A DNA stretch of 64,000 bases from Octopus vulgaris (lineage: Eukaryota): NCBI GenBank assembly GCA_951406725.2, contig OX597829.1:2790001-2854000 (forward strand). The letters are read 5' to 3'. The position numbers and the translations under genes were made by a program. A model generated the notes under the pieces. The model was not told the origin of the DNA, made no database searches, and saw only the letters and a program-made list of their open reading frames with translations. Positions 1 to 14,337 of this stretch are shown piece by piece. How positions within the stretch are numbered: the first letter of the stretch is position 1; each line of letters begins with the position of its first letter.

Positions 1-122
1 TGTATGTATGTATGTATGTATGTATGTGCGTATGTGCGTATGTATGTATGTATGTATGTATGTATGTATGTATGTATGTATGTATGTCTGTCTGTATGTA
101 TGTATGCATGTGTGTATATGTG
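1..122. repeat. (TATG)n microsatellite
   Basis: Directly visible tandem TATG/TGTC units. Confidence 0.95.
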
Positions 123-779
123 TATAAATAAATATGTGTTGTTTTACATAAGCGTATGACAAACAATTTACGCGTTCGTTGGACAAAAACTATCTTGCTA
201 GTTATCTCCCTTCCACGCTAAAGTCTCTCCCATTTCCCATCTCTGAAAGCCTCGCAAACAAGATCCATGGAGTATAAACATTAAACAAAATTCTTACAGA
301 AGAAAGAAAGAAATAAAAATATCAACACAAAACGAACAACAAAGGAATATATGAGCATGTTTACATCCGAGCGTGATGCAGTTCAATAGTTGAAATCAAT
401 AAAACAATAAATAAACAAAAGTGTGAAGCAACAATACATACATGGCACACAGGTTGGAAAACATAATATGGTATTTCCTTAATCAGATATTAACTAATTA
501 ATCTTGAAAAGACTTATTAGTTACAGAACTTCTCTTATCTATATCTCCTCTTCCAATTAGCGCCGCTGAGTAACATTGATACTTATAAGAAAATATCCGG
601 TTATTTAAAGTTCCTAATCAAGAACCAACCCGCTTTAGTCTGGGTATTTTCTCCTCTCCTTCCCTCCTTCTCTCTCCCTCCTCTCCCTCTCACCCTCTCG
701 CCCCTCTCTCCATTACTGTTTTTCTTTTTGTCTGTCACTTTCTATCCCACCTTTCTCTCTGTCTCTCTCTCTTTCTCTT

Positions 780-818
<39 letters not shown>

Positions 819-1200
819 ATACATACATTCCAGTCACGAAAGCTTGCTTGTCAAACGTTGTTGCGTGCGGTATCCACATCCGTCGCAGCTTAAACGTAAC
901 TATACGTTCGTGTGATTGATTACCTAACACTGGATTTTAATTGTGATATAAAACAGTTTCCAACTTGGAATTAATCAATTAACTGTGCGTCACAGTCTCC
1001 CCTAACTTCTAAATGACTGCATGAAACATAGAATGTGGCACACATCATAGTTTTCTTAAGAAGATGTTAAGGTCATACGATATCTACCTTGTCTACTTTC
1101 ATCTCACCTGGCATTTTTTTCATTTTTTCAGTCTTTTGTATTTCTGGAAATCTTTTCCTTGTCTTTTTATGTACATGCCTGTTTCTCCCCTCAAGATTTA

Positions 1201-1704
<504 letters not shown>

Positions 1705-1707
<3 letters not shown>

Positions 1708-1995
1708 AATACAGTGTACATTTCAACACAAAAGAGATGCCCAAAGAATAGGATATCTGACTCACTAGAAGGAGCAGCTAAACTCCAAGCCACTAAGCTA
1801 TTCACAATGCTCTTTCTAGTGAGTCAGATATCCTATTCTTTGGGTTACTTTTTTTGTGTTTGAATGTACACTGTATTCTTCTCTGAATAATATATAATCT
1901 ATAATCTATTGACTAATTTTTTCGTCTCGCTAGACCACTGGTAACTAAGAATTTTTTCGATAAATATCCTTGCTACCCTAAGATTTTAATTAACG
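1705..1995. mobile_element. Fold-back (inverted repeat) element between (TA)n tracts, probable PLE terminal-repeat remnant
   Basis: Arms ~1705-1776 and ~1808-1880 are reverse complements (aagaatacagtgtaca...tgtacactgtattctt). The tail gctagaccactggt...ataaatatc...ctaccct resembles the reverse complement of 51756-51806. Confidence 0.65.
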
Positions 1996-1997
1996 AT

Positions 1998-2820
<823 letters not shown>

Positions 2821-3211
2821 ATAAGTTTAAGTCAACAAGAACGAGTACAGAGGAACATTTATTTGTAATCACTACAATTGTTTTCACACAGCACAGTACT
2901 CCGAGTTCGCAGGTGTTTAGTGATGTAAGTCGTGGTGTGTTTATGAAGTCTAGGTGTGTTTCATCCGTAAATATATACCACAAACATCCCAGCACAAATC
3001 TAGCCAGGAGTAGGTATGATACTCCTGTTTGATGGCACTGGGTGAAGTATCAAGGTGAATGGACTTCATATTGTACTCTGCTACGCTCTTATCAGAATAT
3101 AACCGAACACTGTGTGTGTGTCTGTGTGTGTGTGTGTGTGTGTCTGTGTGTGTGAGTGAGTGTGTGGGGGTGGGGTGGGGGGTGAGTGTGTGTGAATGTG
3201 TGTGTGTGTGA

Positions 3212-3292
3212 AGGCGCATGACTCAGTGGTTAGAGTGGGAGGGTAACTTTCTAGGTGCAATCCCATGGTCAGTCATGACCGAAAGGGGTCTC
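3212..3292 (+). mobile_element. Internally deleted SINE (tRNA-like head fused to the 3' end of the family that seeded the 156-bp array)
   Basis: A-box-like ggcgcatgactcagtggttagag is joined to ggagggtaactttctaggtgcaatcccatggtc, which is identical to the array unit. Confidence 0.75.
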
Positions 3293-3312
3293 AGAGATTA
3301 TATATATATATA

Positions 3313-3700
3313 CTCTTTACTCTTTACTCTTTTACTTGTTTCAGTCATTTGACTGCGGCCATGCTGGAGGACCGCCTTTAATCGAGCAACTCGACCCCGG
3401 AACTTATTCTTTTGTAAGCCCAGTACTTATTCTATCGGTCTTTTTTGCCGAACCGCTAAGTAACGGGGACATAAACATCGGTTGTCAAGCAATGCTAGGG
3501 GACAAACACAGACACACAAACACACGCACATACACATATATATACATATATACGACGGGCTTCTTTCAGTTTCCGTCTACCATATCCACTCACAAGGCTT
3601 TGGTCGGCCCGAGGCTATAGTAGAAGAGACTTGTCCAAGGTGCCACGCAGTGGGACGGAACCCGGAACCATGTGGTTGGTAAACAAGCTACTTACCACAA
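3313..3700 (-). mobile_element. tRNA-derived SINE, family A (CORE-like body, internal microsatellite, GTAAAAGA tail)
   Basis: Reverse complement matches the full copies at 52770-53185 and 60553-60983. Confidence 0.9.
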
Positions 3701-3809
3701 GGCAGTGCTCGGCCGCAGTCTAATGGCTATTAGTCTAGTGACAATTATAATTCTCGTTTTTGGTGAAACATTGAAAATTATTGTTTATATTAAAGATATA
3801 CATACATAC

Positions 3810-3911
<102 letters not shown>

Positions 3912-4168
3912 GAAGCACGCAATGAGTCGAAACAGAGGCAGCTGAAGAAGGGGAATGTTCCCTCTGTTGTTTGTCTTGTTCTCTGTTTTTTCGTTGTTAA
4001 AAAAAGTCCGTTTCCTTGTTTTGTTTTTCAGGTTTTCGCTTCTCGTTGTGTTCTGCGTTTATTTGTGGTTTCCTGTACCCATATATGCATGTATATATAC
4101 ATATAGATGTAGGTTTGTACATATATATATATGTATGTATGCATATGTTTTATTTATTAAATAGTTAT

Positions 4169-4217
<49 letters not shown>

Positions 4218-4219
4218 GA

Positions 4220-4430
4220 AATTAGCACGAAACCTTAAGGATGCAGAAATGAGAGCTAAGGTCTCAATTCAGCCGCCATAAAGCACTAAAATCATAGAAA
4301 ATAACAGTATGCGAGGAAACGGACAATGAAAAAGCATACCTATAAAGATTATGTTGTTCAGATGCTCTAATACCATGGTTTCGGATGTTGGCTCGCGAGC
4401 CTTAACCCTCATCAGTATGAGTCACTTGGC
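4220..4430 (-). mobile_element. PLE terminal-repeat fragment with degenerate hammerhead motif
   Basis: Minus strand 4365-4420 reads CTGATGA-gg...cc-GAAA-CCATGG-TA, with poorly paired stem I. aaagattatgtt is shared with the 52190 region. A second fragment lies at 4780-4860. Confidence 0.55.
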
Positions 4431-4477
4431 AATAATTTCCAAATCTGCTGGAGCCCGTCTACACTATAGCACTCCCA

Positions 4478-4631
4478 TCTTTTACTTGTTTCAGTCATTA
4501 GACTGCGGCCATGCTGCTGCACTCCCTTGATGAAATTTATTCGAACTGATCGACTCCATACTTATTGTCTTTTGAAGCCTGATACTTATTCTATCGATCT
4601 CTTTTGCCGAACCGCTAGCTTACGGGGACGT

Positions 4632-4669
<38 letters not shown>

Positions 4670-4980
4670 ACATACACAGATATACATAGATGTATAAACA
4701 CGACGGTCTTCTTTCAGTTTCCGTCTACCAAATCCACCCACAAAGTAACGATCGGGCCGAGGCTGTATCAGAAGACATTTAAGGATGCAGTGAGCATCAA
4801 CCTATTCAGAAATTATAGCTAAGGTCTCAATTCAACCACCATAACGCACCAAAATCCCATCAAAACGTATATATATATATAAACAGCAGTTTGCAGTGTA
4901 TCACCAAAAGGGACACCAAGGTGTCACGCAATGGGACTGAACCCGGAACCAGGTATCTGAGAAGCAAATTTCTTATCACA
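4478..4980 (-). mobile_element. SINE family A, interrupted at ~4780-4915
   Basis: Tail ttttacttgtttcagtca, body tttccgtctaccaaatcc and head gactgaacccggaacc on the reverse strand. Confidence 0.85.
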
Positions 4981-5050
4981 ATCACAATCATTCAATACCG
5001 ACTGAAAGTCAACACCATCAAATTTGATTACGCTTACGCAATAAGCGTCG

Positions 5051-5160
<110 letters not shown>

Positions 5161-5287
5161 CGATACACACCTAACATCAAGAAGGCATTTTGAATTCGTC
5201 TCAGACGTATGAGACGAGACGTATCCGTCTCATACGTCTACGAACCTTGAAGTCATATGAAGCTTAGTCGAACTCTTTTGTGTGTGT

Positions 5288-5372
5288 GCAAGTGTCTTCT
5301 ACCATAGCCTCGGGCCGACCAAAGCCTTGTGAGTGGATTTAGTAGACGGAAACTGAAAGAAGCCCGACATAG

Positions 5373-5424
<52 letters not shown>

Positions 5425-5600
5425 ATTCCCCCAACATCGCTTGACAACCGATGCTGGTGTGTTTACGCCCCCGTAACGAGCGGTTCGTCAAAAGATACCG
5501 ATGGAATAAGTTCTAGGCTTACAAAGAATATGTCCTGGTGTTGATTTGCTCGACTAAAAGACGGTACTCCAGCATGGTCGCAAGTAAAAGAATAAAAGAA
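5288..5600 (+). mobile_element. SINE family A, 5'-truncated
   Basis: gcaagtgtcttctac...gacggaaactgaaagaagccc...ccagcatgg. Confidence 0.88.
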
Positions 5601-6239
5601 TATATACAAATATGTGTGTTTGTGTGTGCACGTGTGTGTGTATAAGGCTCTCAAAACTAGAAAGGAGAAAGCTCACTGGAACTGTAAATATCTGTAAAAC
5701 TTTCCAAGAGTTTATCATTTAAATATATATGTGCATGTCTAGACATACAGCTATATGCATAAAATACATACATAAAACAAGACATACAAATCTGTGTATG
5801 CACCCGACATATATACACACAAACATGCACAAATATCCTGTTGATTTTGTCGAAATTCCATTTGTACGTCCCTGGATTAAAGCGATAAACTCTTGTACAA
5901 CACGAGTACCACTCAACGAGTTTGTTTGTACCTAGTGACAGACCGACAGAAGATGACCAGTAACCACGTGAAAGCGAAGGTTTTTACATCAGAGTGTCCC
6001 CACTTCATAGAAGTCCCCTTGTTGATCTCCTTCTCACCATCTGCCGAACCTATTTACAGACCGGTGGAATTTGGTATATTCTCCAAGCTGCTTCTCTCCA
6101 GCCCTCACATATTTATGATTATCTCAAGTGCAAGATAACAGTCGAAACTAAACAACATTTAATAATTCCACACAGTAGTAGGAGCAAAGATCGCACACTT
6201 CACTAAATATAGATTATACTGTCGGCGCGCCTAGAAAGG

Positions 6240-8827
6240 TTAGCCACAACGATACAGATAAAGTCACTGTGGATAATAACTAATGTTGAACAATAGCAAG
6301 GTTAAAGTAACTGTAACGGCATTAATGGCGGAGTTGACAATAGTGGCAGAGACAACTGTCTTTAGATTTGCCATACTGGGCTCAATACTAGTGATTTTAA
6401 TGTAGCACAAATATGTCTTACGAAACAAAAAAGAAAACCAGTTGTATGCCTCTGAAAAAAACAAAGAAAAACAAACCTGAGAAGAATTCCTAATTGCAAA
6501 AGTAAAATTGTAAAAGAGATTGAAATAATGAGAGTTGAAATAACAGTATTGAATGAACTAATCTGGGAAAATGATGGGAAATCCAGAATAGGAAGAAAGG
6601 GGAAGAGAAAATATAGATTGTTAAATGAAAATTCCCTGCTAATGATAATGTGCCAAATTTCTGGTTCATATCACTCCCGTGCGCACACGAAAAGTTAGTT
6701 CAGCTATTCAATGAAATTATGAGAGATCCTTCGAAAACACTTGACTGGTTAGAAAGAGGTATTACTTACCGACACCCAAAGAAATGTGAAAACAAATTTC
6801 CCCAAAGCTATCGGCCTATAACATGCCTATCCACCACGTATAAGATTTTAACATCCATCCCCATAGAGAAAACACAAATTTAAGGTACAGAATGATATTT
6901 TCCCCACTGAACAAAAAGGATGCCGACGAGATTCATAATGGATGCAAAGACCAACTCTTAATCAATCGCATGATCCTTAAGAACTGTCATAACAAATGCA
7001 GAAATCTCAGTTCCGCGTGAACTGTTTATAAAAAGGCCTTTGGCAGCATACCGCAGTCTTGGATCTTTGAAATCGCTGGATATCTTCAAAATTTCTCCTA
7101 TGATTTCAAACTCCCTGAAGCACGACATTTCAGTGTGGAATACAAATCTCCAATTATACCACTCTAGTGGAGTACTCACCATAAAAAATATTAATATCAA
7201 CTACGGCATTTTCCAAGGTGACTCACTTTCACCTTTCATTTTTTGCATAGACCTCATACACCTTACAAGTGATCTTAACAGGACAGGGTACGGATAAAAA
7301 ATTGGCGACAAGAAAAGAAGTCATCAATTTTATATGGATGACTTAAAACTGTATGGCACAGACGATAATGAGCTTGAAGGATTACTACGTACTGTGAAAA
7401 CATTCAGTGATGACATCGGGATGGAAATGGAAATTGAAGACCTTACATTCAGTGTATCGGATGTTGACACAGTCATAACAGAACTCGAGCAGAAACTTAC
7501 AAATACTCGGAATAAATGAGGGCTCTGGCATTCAGCATGCAAGCATAAGAGAGATCAGGAAGGAATGTTACAGGAGAGTTTGAGAAGTCCTGAAATCTGA
7601 GTGAAATGCACGTAACAAGATGTTAGCTGTAAATTCCTTAGCGATTCCAGTTGTTATTTAGTTTCATTGTGTTAAACTGGAATATGAACGAAATAATGAA
7701 GAGTGACAGGAAAATCCGTTAGCTGCTGACTTACAATAAGATGGACCACTCAAAAGCAGGCCTAGACCGTCTTTACACACCAAGAACTCAAGAAGGTTGA
7801 GGCTTGATCCAATTTGAACTCTCTTACAAAATCATCAGAATTGGAATGGCAAAATATCTTGAAACATCTAACGACTGGATGTGAAAGTTCGTTGAAAACC
7901 ACGAAAAACGTAAGAAGCTTCATTCTGTAATGAAGGAGATTTTCAAGTAAATTTATGCATCTTACCAAGGTTGGACAGCATGATGGAAGTGCGGCAACTG
8001 TAATTGCAAAGAAGGTGAAATCAATAGCAATGCAAAATGCGTTTGAATAATTGGCTGGTAGGTGGGAACAAACACCTCTGCGTGGAAAATATGTGGCCCG
8101 TAGCAAACAAGCTGACGTAGACCAGAAGCACACCCATCAGTGAGTACGGAGCTCAGGGCTAAAGGTAAAGAGTGAAGGTTTTATCTTGGCTGCTCAAGAT
8201 CAGAACTTATTGACTTGGAACTACCAAGCCAATGTGATGAAAAATGGTGTAGATCCAAAGGGCCTATACTGAAATGATGAGATTGAAAAAGTGGACCACC
8301 TAATCTCTGGATGTTAGGTTTTAGCACCTGTAGAGTACAAATCAAGACATGACAGAGTTGGCCAATATCTACATTGGATAATGTGTCGGTATTATAAAAT
8401 CAAAACTGCGGACAAATGGTACAAGCATCACCCTGAGGCTATAAACTGAGGGCAAAAATGTAACGATACTTGGGACTTTCCAGTATTTACCGACCGGACA
8501 ATCTAAGCAAATAAACCAGATATTGTTGTGAAATACCAAAACAATAAAGTCTCTTTACTGATTGATAAAAGCATTCCCTGTGACTATAATATCTCGGCAA
8601 GAGAATTCGATAAGCTCAGAAAATATAAAGATTTAGTAATCGAAATGGAAAAGAAATGGCATCTCAAGGCGGTTGCAATACCAGTGATTGTAGGATCACT
8701 TGAAATGATCAAAAAAGGAACTGTAAATTATTTAAGAATGATCCCTGGCTTATCATCCATGCAGGAAGTGCAAAACAGTGTCTTAACTGTGATGTCACAC
8801 GTACTGAGAAGAGCTTTGTCGCTATGA
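6240..8827 (+). pseudogene. Decayed R4/Dong-type non-LTR retrotransposon (RT, CCHC finger, restriction-like endonuclease)
   Basis: Motifs in order: [51 protein letters not shown]. Many stops and frameshifts. Confidence 0.9.
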
Positions 8828-8879
8828 ATTTTCTTTCCCTTTTATTGGGTGGTTATTTCAACATCCTTAAACAACCTTT

Positions 8880-9130
8880 ATTCAGGGACCTTTTGAGCGG
8901 GATGGGCTACTCGACCTGAAGAAAATTCTAACTGGGCCCCACCTGCAAGGTTATGCGCTGTTTATCTTGATATGAGATCACCAAGTCGCGCACATATGGT
9001 TGTGATGCATGTGCCTGGTGTACCCTTATCAGACGGGTAGTCATGATGGGTATACTGGGCTTCGTATATTTTACCCCAGTGTCACTTTGATGGCATGCAC
9101 TGCTCTCTCACTCAACAATAACAATAATAC
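8880..9130 (+). mobile_element. Probable retroposon 3' end terminating in (AAT)-like repeats
   Basis: GC-richer segment ending ctctctcactcaacaataacaataat. Family not identified. Confidence 0.4.
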
Positions 9131-9134
9131 TATT

Positions 9135-10940
9135 TGACGCTCACCTGTCTCCTTGTAAGAATCATGATTAATGCGCCAAACACACAGAAATGCGAAGGGA
9201 ACAGGCCAAACTTATGGGTAGTAAGAGCTCTGCAGCTTGGTTGGCAATTTTACTGGAGATGGTGTTTCGATAGAAATACCAGTTGGTGGCTAAAACACAA
9301 GCATCATTGTTGTGCGAAAATGCCTAATACAAATGTATTAAATAACGGTGTTGTAAAGAAATCCAGAAGCAGAGAAGAAGATGAGATAAGGAAGTAAACT
9401 GAATGGTAATTGAATACTTGTTCAGGAGTGAATCCAGTAGAAGGGGATTCCGACAACGAATGAAAGCAAAATGGAATGAAATAGGACTCTTCGAAATAAG
9501 TGAGCAACAATTAGCCTACCAGGAAAAAGAAATAAGAGCAAAAGGGTGGCTAACAGACATGGGAATTGAAGAGATAAAAGGGAAATTAGAAAATGGAAAT
9601 ACTACTTCGCCAACAAATAACGTGAGAAGAGAGAAATAAATGACAACAGTGAAGACGTAGAGTAAAGTGTAAATGTGAATGGATTCTAAGTAAACGAAGC
9701 GGAAGTAATAGGAAAAGTTATATCACAAGAATACGATGATGACCAACAAGACATATTGAGGATGTTGTGCCGATGTATTAGAGAAGAGCAGGATCAAGCA
9801 CCCCCACCCCCAACCTGAGGTACACTCATCGGCGCAAGCTCAAGACTGAAATCGAAAAGATAGATTCGATCCTTGTACTATTCCAGACGACAAATATAAC
9901 CGAAACTAACAGGATCATTTGGGCTGCATATAGAGTTGGATGCAAAAGGAGAGATCAAACAGAACGTAAAGAAACAATCCTGGTGTAGACGAAATTTTAA
10001 GAAACAAAGTTAAAAAGACATTTAGGACAAGTTGATAGATTGAGTAGAAGGGAAATAAGAATAATGCTGGAAAGAACATATAGAATAAGCGACAAAGAAT
10101 ATGATGCGATATTGGAAGAATTGAAACAAAGAGTAGTAACAATCAATGAAAAACTGGAAAGATATAACAAAACAATTCAGACAAAACAGATTGTTTGAAA
10201 CAAATCAGAAGAAACTGTTTCAGGAACTAGATGGGCAAAAACACGTAACAACGATGCCAGATATAGAGGAAAGCAAGGCATTCTGGAGAGGGATCTGAGA
10301 CCAGCCTGTAGAGCATAATGATGAAGTGGAGTGGCTGCATGAAATCCAAGATAAGTTAAGAAATATAGAAGGCCAAGAAGACATAAAAATAACTACAAAA
10401 ATGATAAAAGAACAATTAAGAAAATTCCCAAATTGGAAGAGCCCAAGCCCGGATGGGGTCCAATGTTATTGAATGAAGAAGCTGAGAAGGCTCCATAGAT
10501 GGCGCAACAGCTAGATGAATGCTTGCAGGAAGGCGCAGCTGGATGACAAAGGGAAAGACATTATCTGCCAAGGATCCTGAAAAGAGATATGCTGCATCCA
10601 ACTTTAGACCAATAACGTGCATTCTGGTTATGTGGAAACTAATGTCAGATGCTTTGGCCGGAGAACTGTGTTGATACATAGACACACAAACCTGAGCATG
10701 GCATGGGTTGACTATCGTAAAGCATACGATATGATATCACACTCCTGAATAATATGAACAATGGAAATGTATGGAGTAGCAGAATATATGAGAAGCCTTA
10801 TTTGGAATAGCATGAAGTGCTGGAGAACGGAATTGATAGCAGGAAACCAAGTATTAGGAGAGGTGAAAATCAAGAGGGGTATCTTCCAGTGGGACAGTGT
10901 GTCCCTGCTGATCTTTGTGTTGGGAATGATCCCATTAATG
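9135..10940 (+). pseudogene. Second R4/Dong-type LINE, N-terminal region to mid-RT, truncated at a (TA)n/(GATA)n tract
   Basis: Motifs RRGFRQRMK..W...EQQL, NWKSPSPDG, NFRPITC, WVDYRKAYD and GIFQ(W)DSVS. Confidence 0.85.
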
Positions 10941-10942
10941 AA

Positions 10943-11043
<101 letters not shown>

Positions 11044-11069
11044 CATATATGTATATATATACATTCATT

Positions 11070-12310
11070 TAAAGGTTACAAACCTCATTAAGGGATAATA
11101 AAACCCAATGAATAAACTGGTTTATTACTTGTTACAAAACGCATTAAATATTATATTTAATATTCAACTGTAAGGTAATTGGATAAACCGGGGTTTTATA
11201 TATTTTTAAGAAAATAAGAAAATAGAGATAATTAAATTAATAATTATTTATTAATTGCAAAACTGGACTTCATCTCTGACTGCTGTTTCGATTCAAAACT
11301 TTAGAAATTAATTAGTATAATTAAAATCATTTTAAAGCTGAATCAGAGGTGGAAAAAGATATACCCTTACATTTTCATATTATTGTGTGTTGAGTGTAGG
11401 GAGCAAATCCCCTAACTGATATATGTTTTATAGAAAGAACATGGTATGAACCTTACAAAGGTTTTTAAATTTCTTTAAATTTCAAAATCAAATCCTCAGA
11501 GATATTGCATAATAAAATTAATAAGCTTTAAGTTTTATAACAGACATCGAACAGTGTTATGGTATCAACAAACAAAATTTGCGTGTTAAAATAGGTTTAA
11601 AAATTTACTGAAATGCTAAAGTGGTAAGGTAAAAGAATTTTAGTTTTCATGATAGACAAAGGAGCAAGAACTTTTTTTCGGTTATGTCTGTGTTAATAGG
11701 TAGAAGAATACTGCCGATCAGATTATGAAAGCTCATACCAGAACAATCCTAGCACAGGGATTTTTCTATTATTTGAATTGTAATTTGCAGCTTTTTATAA
11801 TAAGCGTACATTGGCCACATTGTGAAAATAAAGAAAGTTGTTACATCTCAAAGGTTATCTATCTGCGGTAGAAAATATATTAATAAGTGACAGATTTGTA
11901 GTCTTCTTAGACCATTATCGGAGGAAAATTACCCACCTTTTATCTATGGATAGATTAGAACTTACAGTTATAGATAGTGCACACAAACGGGGAGATATAT
12001 CTTAGATTCGATATTATCCACAAATATTGTGTAGAACACTGTAGATTAATAAATTAACTCCCGTTGTCAACGCATCCTTTGATATGAAAATTAGATCAGT
12101 TTAGCTGAACCACAGTTTGTATATCCTTTAAATAACCATATGTTGCTAAAAACACAATAGACTGTAGATAGGTATTTGTGTTTGATAAAGCTCTAAAAAG
12201 AGTAGAAATATTCAGATCAATACAATTTTTCTGCCTGTGTTGGGATAAAACCAGAGATGTATGTTTATCAAAAGTATATGGCATGCACTTTTGAAGGTCA
12301 TACTGTATCA
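11070..12310 (-). mobile_element. AT-rich degraded element, possibly PLE-related, with a hammerhead remnant near 11270-11350
   Basis: Minus strand reads ctct-gattca...tgaatc-GAAA-CAGCAG-TC-agag, so stems I and II are present but the CUGANGA core is missing. The protein remnant is not confidently identified. Confidence 0.35.
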
Positions 12311-12325
12311 CACAGCGCTTTTGGA

Positions 12326-12792
<467 letters not shown>

Positions 12793-13139
12793 TGTTTACA
12801 ATAGTTTACAATCCAAAAATGTTGTTTAGTGCATTACAAATTACGACAAATATAAAATTTTTCAAAAACAATTTTGTATAGCAAGATTTTTGCAGTCTTT
12901 CTAAATTAACTTGTTACAAAAATACACCGGTAATTACTGATTTTAATTTTTAGAGTTGCTAACTTTATAATGAATATTTCTTCTAATTACGTACCAAAAG
13001 CTATATTCTGACGTATCCAAAATCTTATTTATACATATCTAGAAACACATTTTGACGTACTTGAAATCATATGCCAAAAACTGACGATTATCATCAAGGT
13101 AAAAAGACTGCAGTTTGATGCAGGAGGATTATAAAAACT

Positions 13140-13310
13140 GAATATTTTCGGTTTGAACGGCAGTTTTTCTAGCAGTGTCATATGAAATTGTCACCCATAA
13201 TTATGACCCTAGAATCGATCTATTGCATTTCAATCTGTTTTAGGATTAGGGTTAGTTAGGGTTAGGGTTAGTAAATGTAAATGTAAATAAACCCAATCTG
13301 GATCATAGAT
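13140..13310. repeat. Short inserted element containing TTAGGG-like repeats
   Basis: ttaggattagggttagttagggttagggttag at ~13239-13271, interrupting the transposase remnant. Confidence 0.6.
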
Positions 13311-13839
13311 TGTTCGTGTTTCTTTTGCTAATGCGATAGCAAATTCTTGTCGGATCATTTTCAAAAAGTTCTGTTAGGCCCATTAACAGAAATTACAGCC
13401 AGGAAGTTAAATGTTGTTAAACTATCTTACGGATACTGAACATTTTTTGTCGGCCCCACTTTTGCTGCGGAAACAATTTGTGAAGACCTAAGGTTTTTGG
13501 GTAAGAAGCTGTATCAATCTGCATCATATTTTATGTTTCCAAAGCTTTCTGATACCAAAGTCTAAGATGGTAAATTTGTTGGACCATAAGCAAATGTGAT
13601 GACAAAAAAAAATTAGGGGATCAGTAAAAACGAACAGGGAGCAAGGTGCATACTTCGATGTGATTTCTTGGGATCTGCAAAGTTCCGAACTCCAAAGAGC
13701 TAGTGGTAAGACTTAAGGAAAGTTATAAAAACATAATCTACTATATATTTTTTAAAATGCAGTTCTTGCGTTCTTATCTTGATGTATTTTCCCCGAAACT
13801 TCACTGACGTTAGTTTTTATATTTAAAAGATGAGGAATT

Positions 13840-13975
13840 GTGTACATTATTTAAATTATTTACATTCGACGGATATTTGTCCTCATCATGTCTGTTGTTA
13901 ACACAACGTTGTGTTAACAACAGACATGATGAGGACAAATATCCGTCGAATGTAAATAATTTAAATAATGTACAC
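13840..13975. repeat. Perfect 136-bp palindrome with no spacer, derived from a PLE terminal repeat
   Basis: 68-bp arms centred on caac|gttg. The arm matches 55600-55650. Confidence 0.92.
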
Positions 13976-14337
13976 GGACGTTGTTCAGGAGTACGAGAAA
14001 AGTTTCACCAAGATGTTGTAAGATTAGAAAAGGTTTCTGCTTGGATACTATAATAATGGGAGTCTATACAGGGTCCCTGGATTGAAGGAAATTAAAGCAT
14101 TTATAGAAGAATGTTTAATTTATAGAATTAAAGCATTTGTAGAAAAATGGCTTCTTCAAAGCCCTTTAAATTTCTAAACTGTTCCATATTTTTCTAGTTT
14201 GAAAATTGTTTTATTTGTTAAATGTATTCATTTGGAAAATAAGGAAACATTAAATTTTTACTTTGCCAGTTATTTTATTTGTTGAATACTTTTATTTCAG
14301 AAGTTTTTACGAAATTAAACGCTTTTCCTTGTGTTAA

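Larger units (their letters stand above)
13000..14060 (+). pseudogene. DNA transposase fossil, probably Chapaev3-like (CMC superfamily), with two nested insertions
   Basis: Conceptual translation gives CFFC.CDS, KQFVKT, FPKLSDTKV.DGKFVGP, FPE-like motif then (insert) FHQDV..LEK. These match the FPKLSEAKLKEGIFVGP and GERFHQD motifs I associate with this family, from memory. Confidence 0.65.

Noticed and set aside
2821-3108. Possible PLE GIY-YIG tail and terminal repeat on the minus strand
   Set aside because: Similarity is too weak to support and there is no intact core motif.
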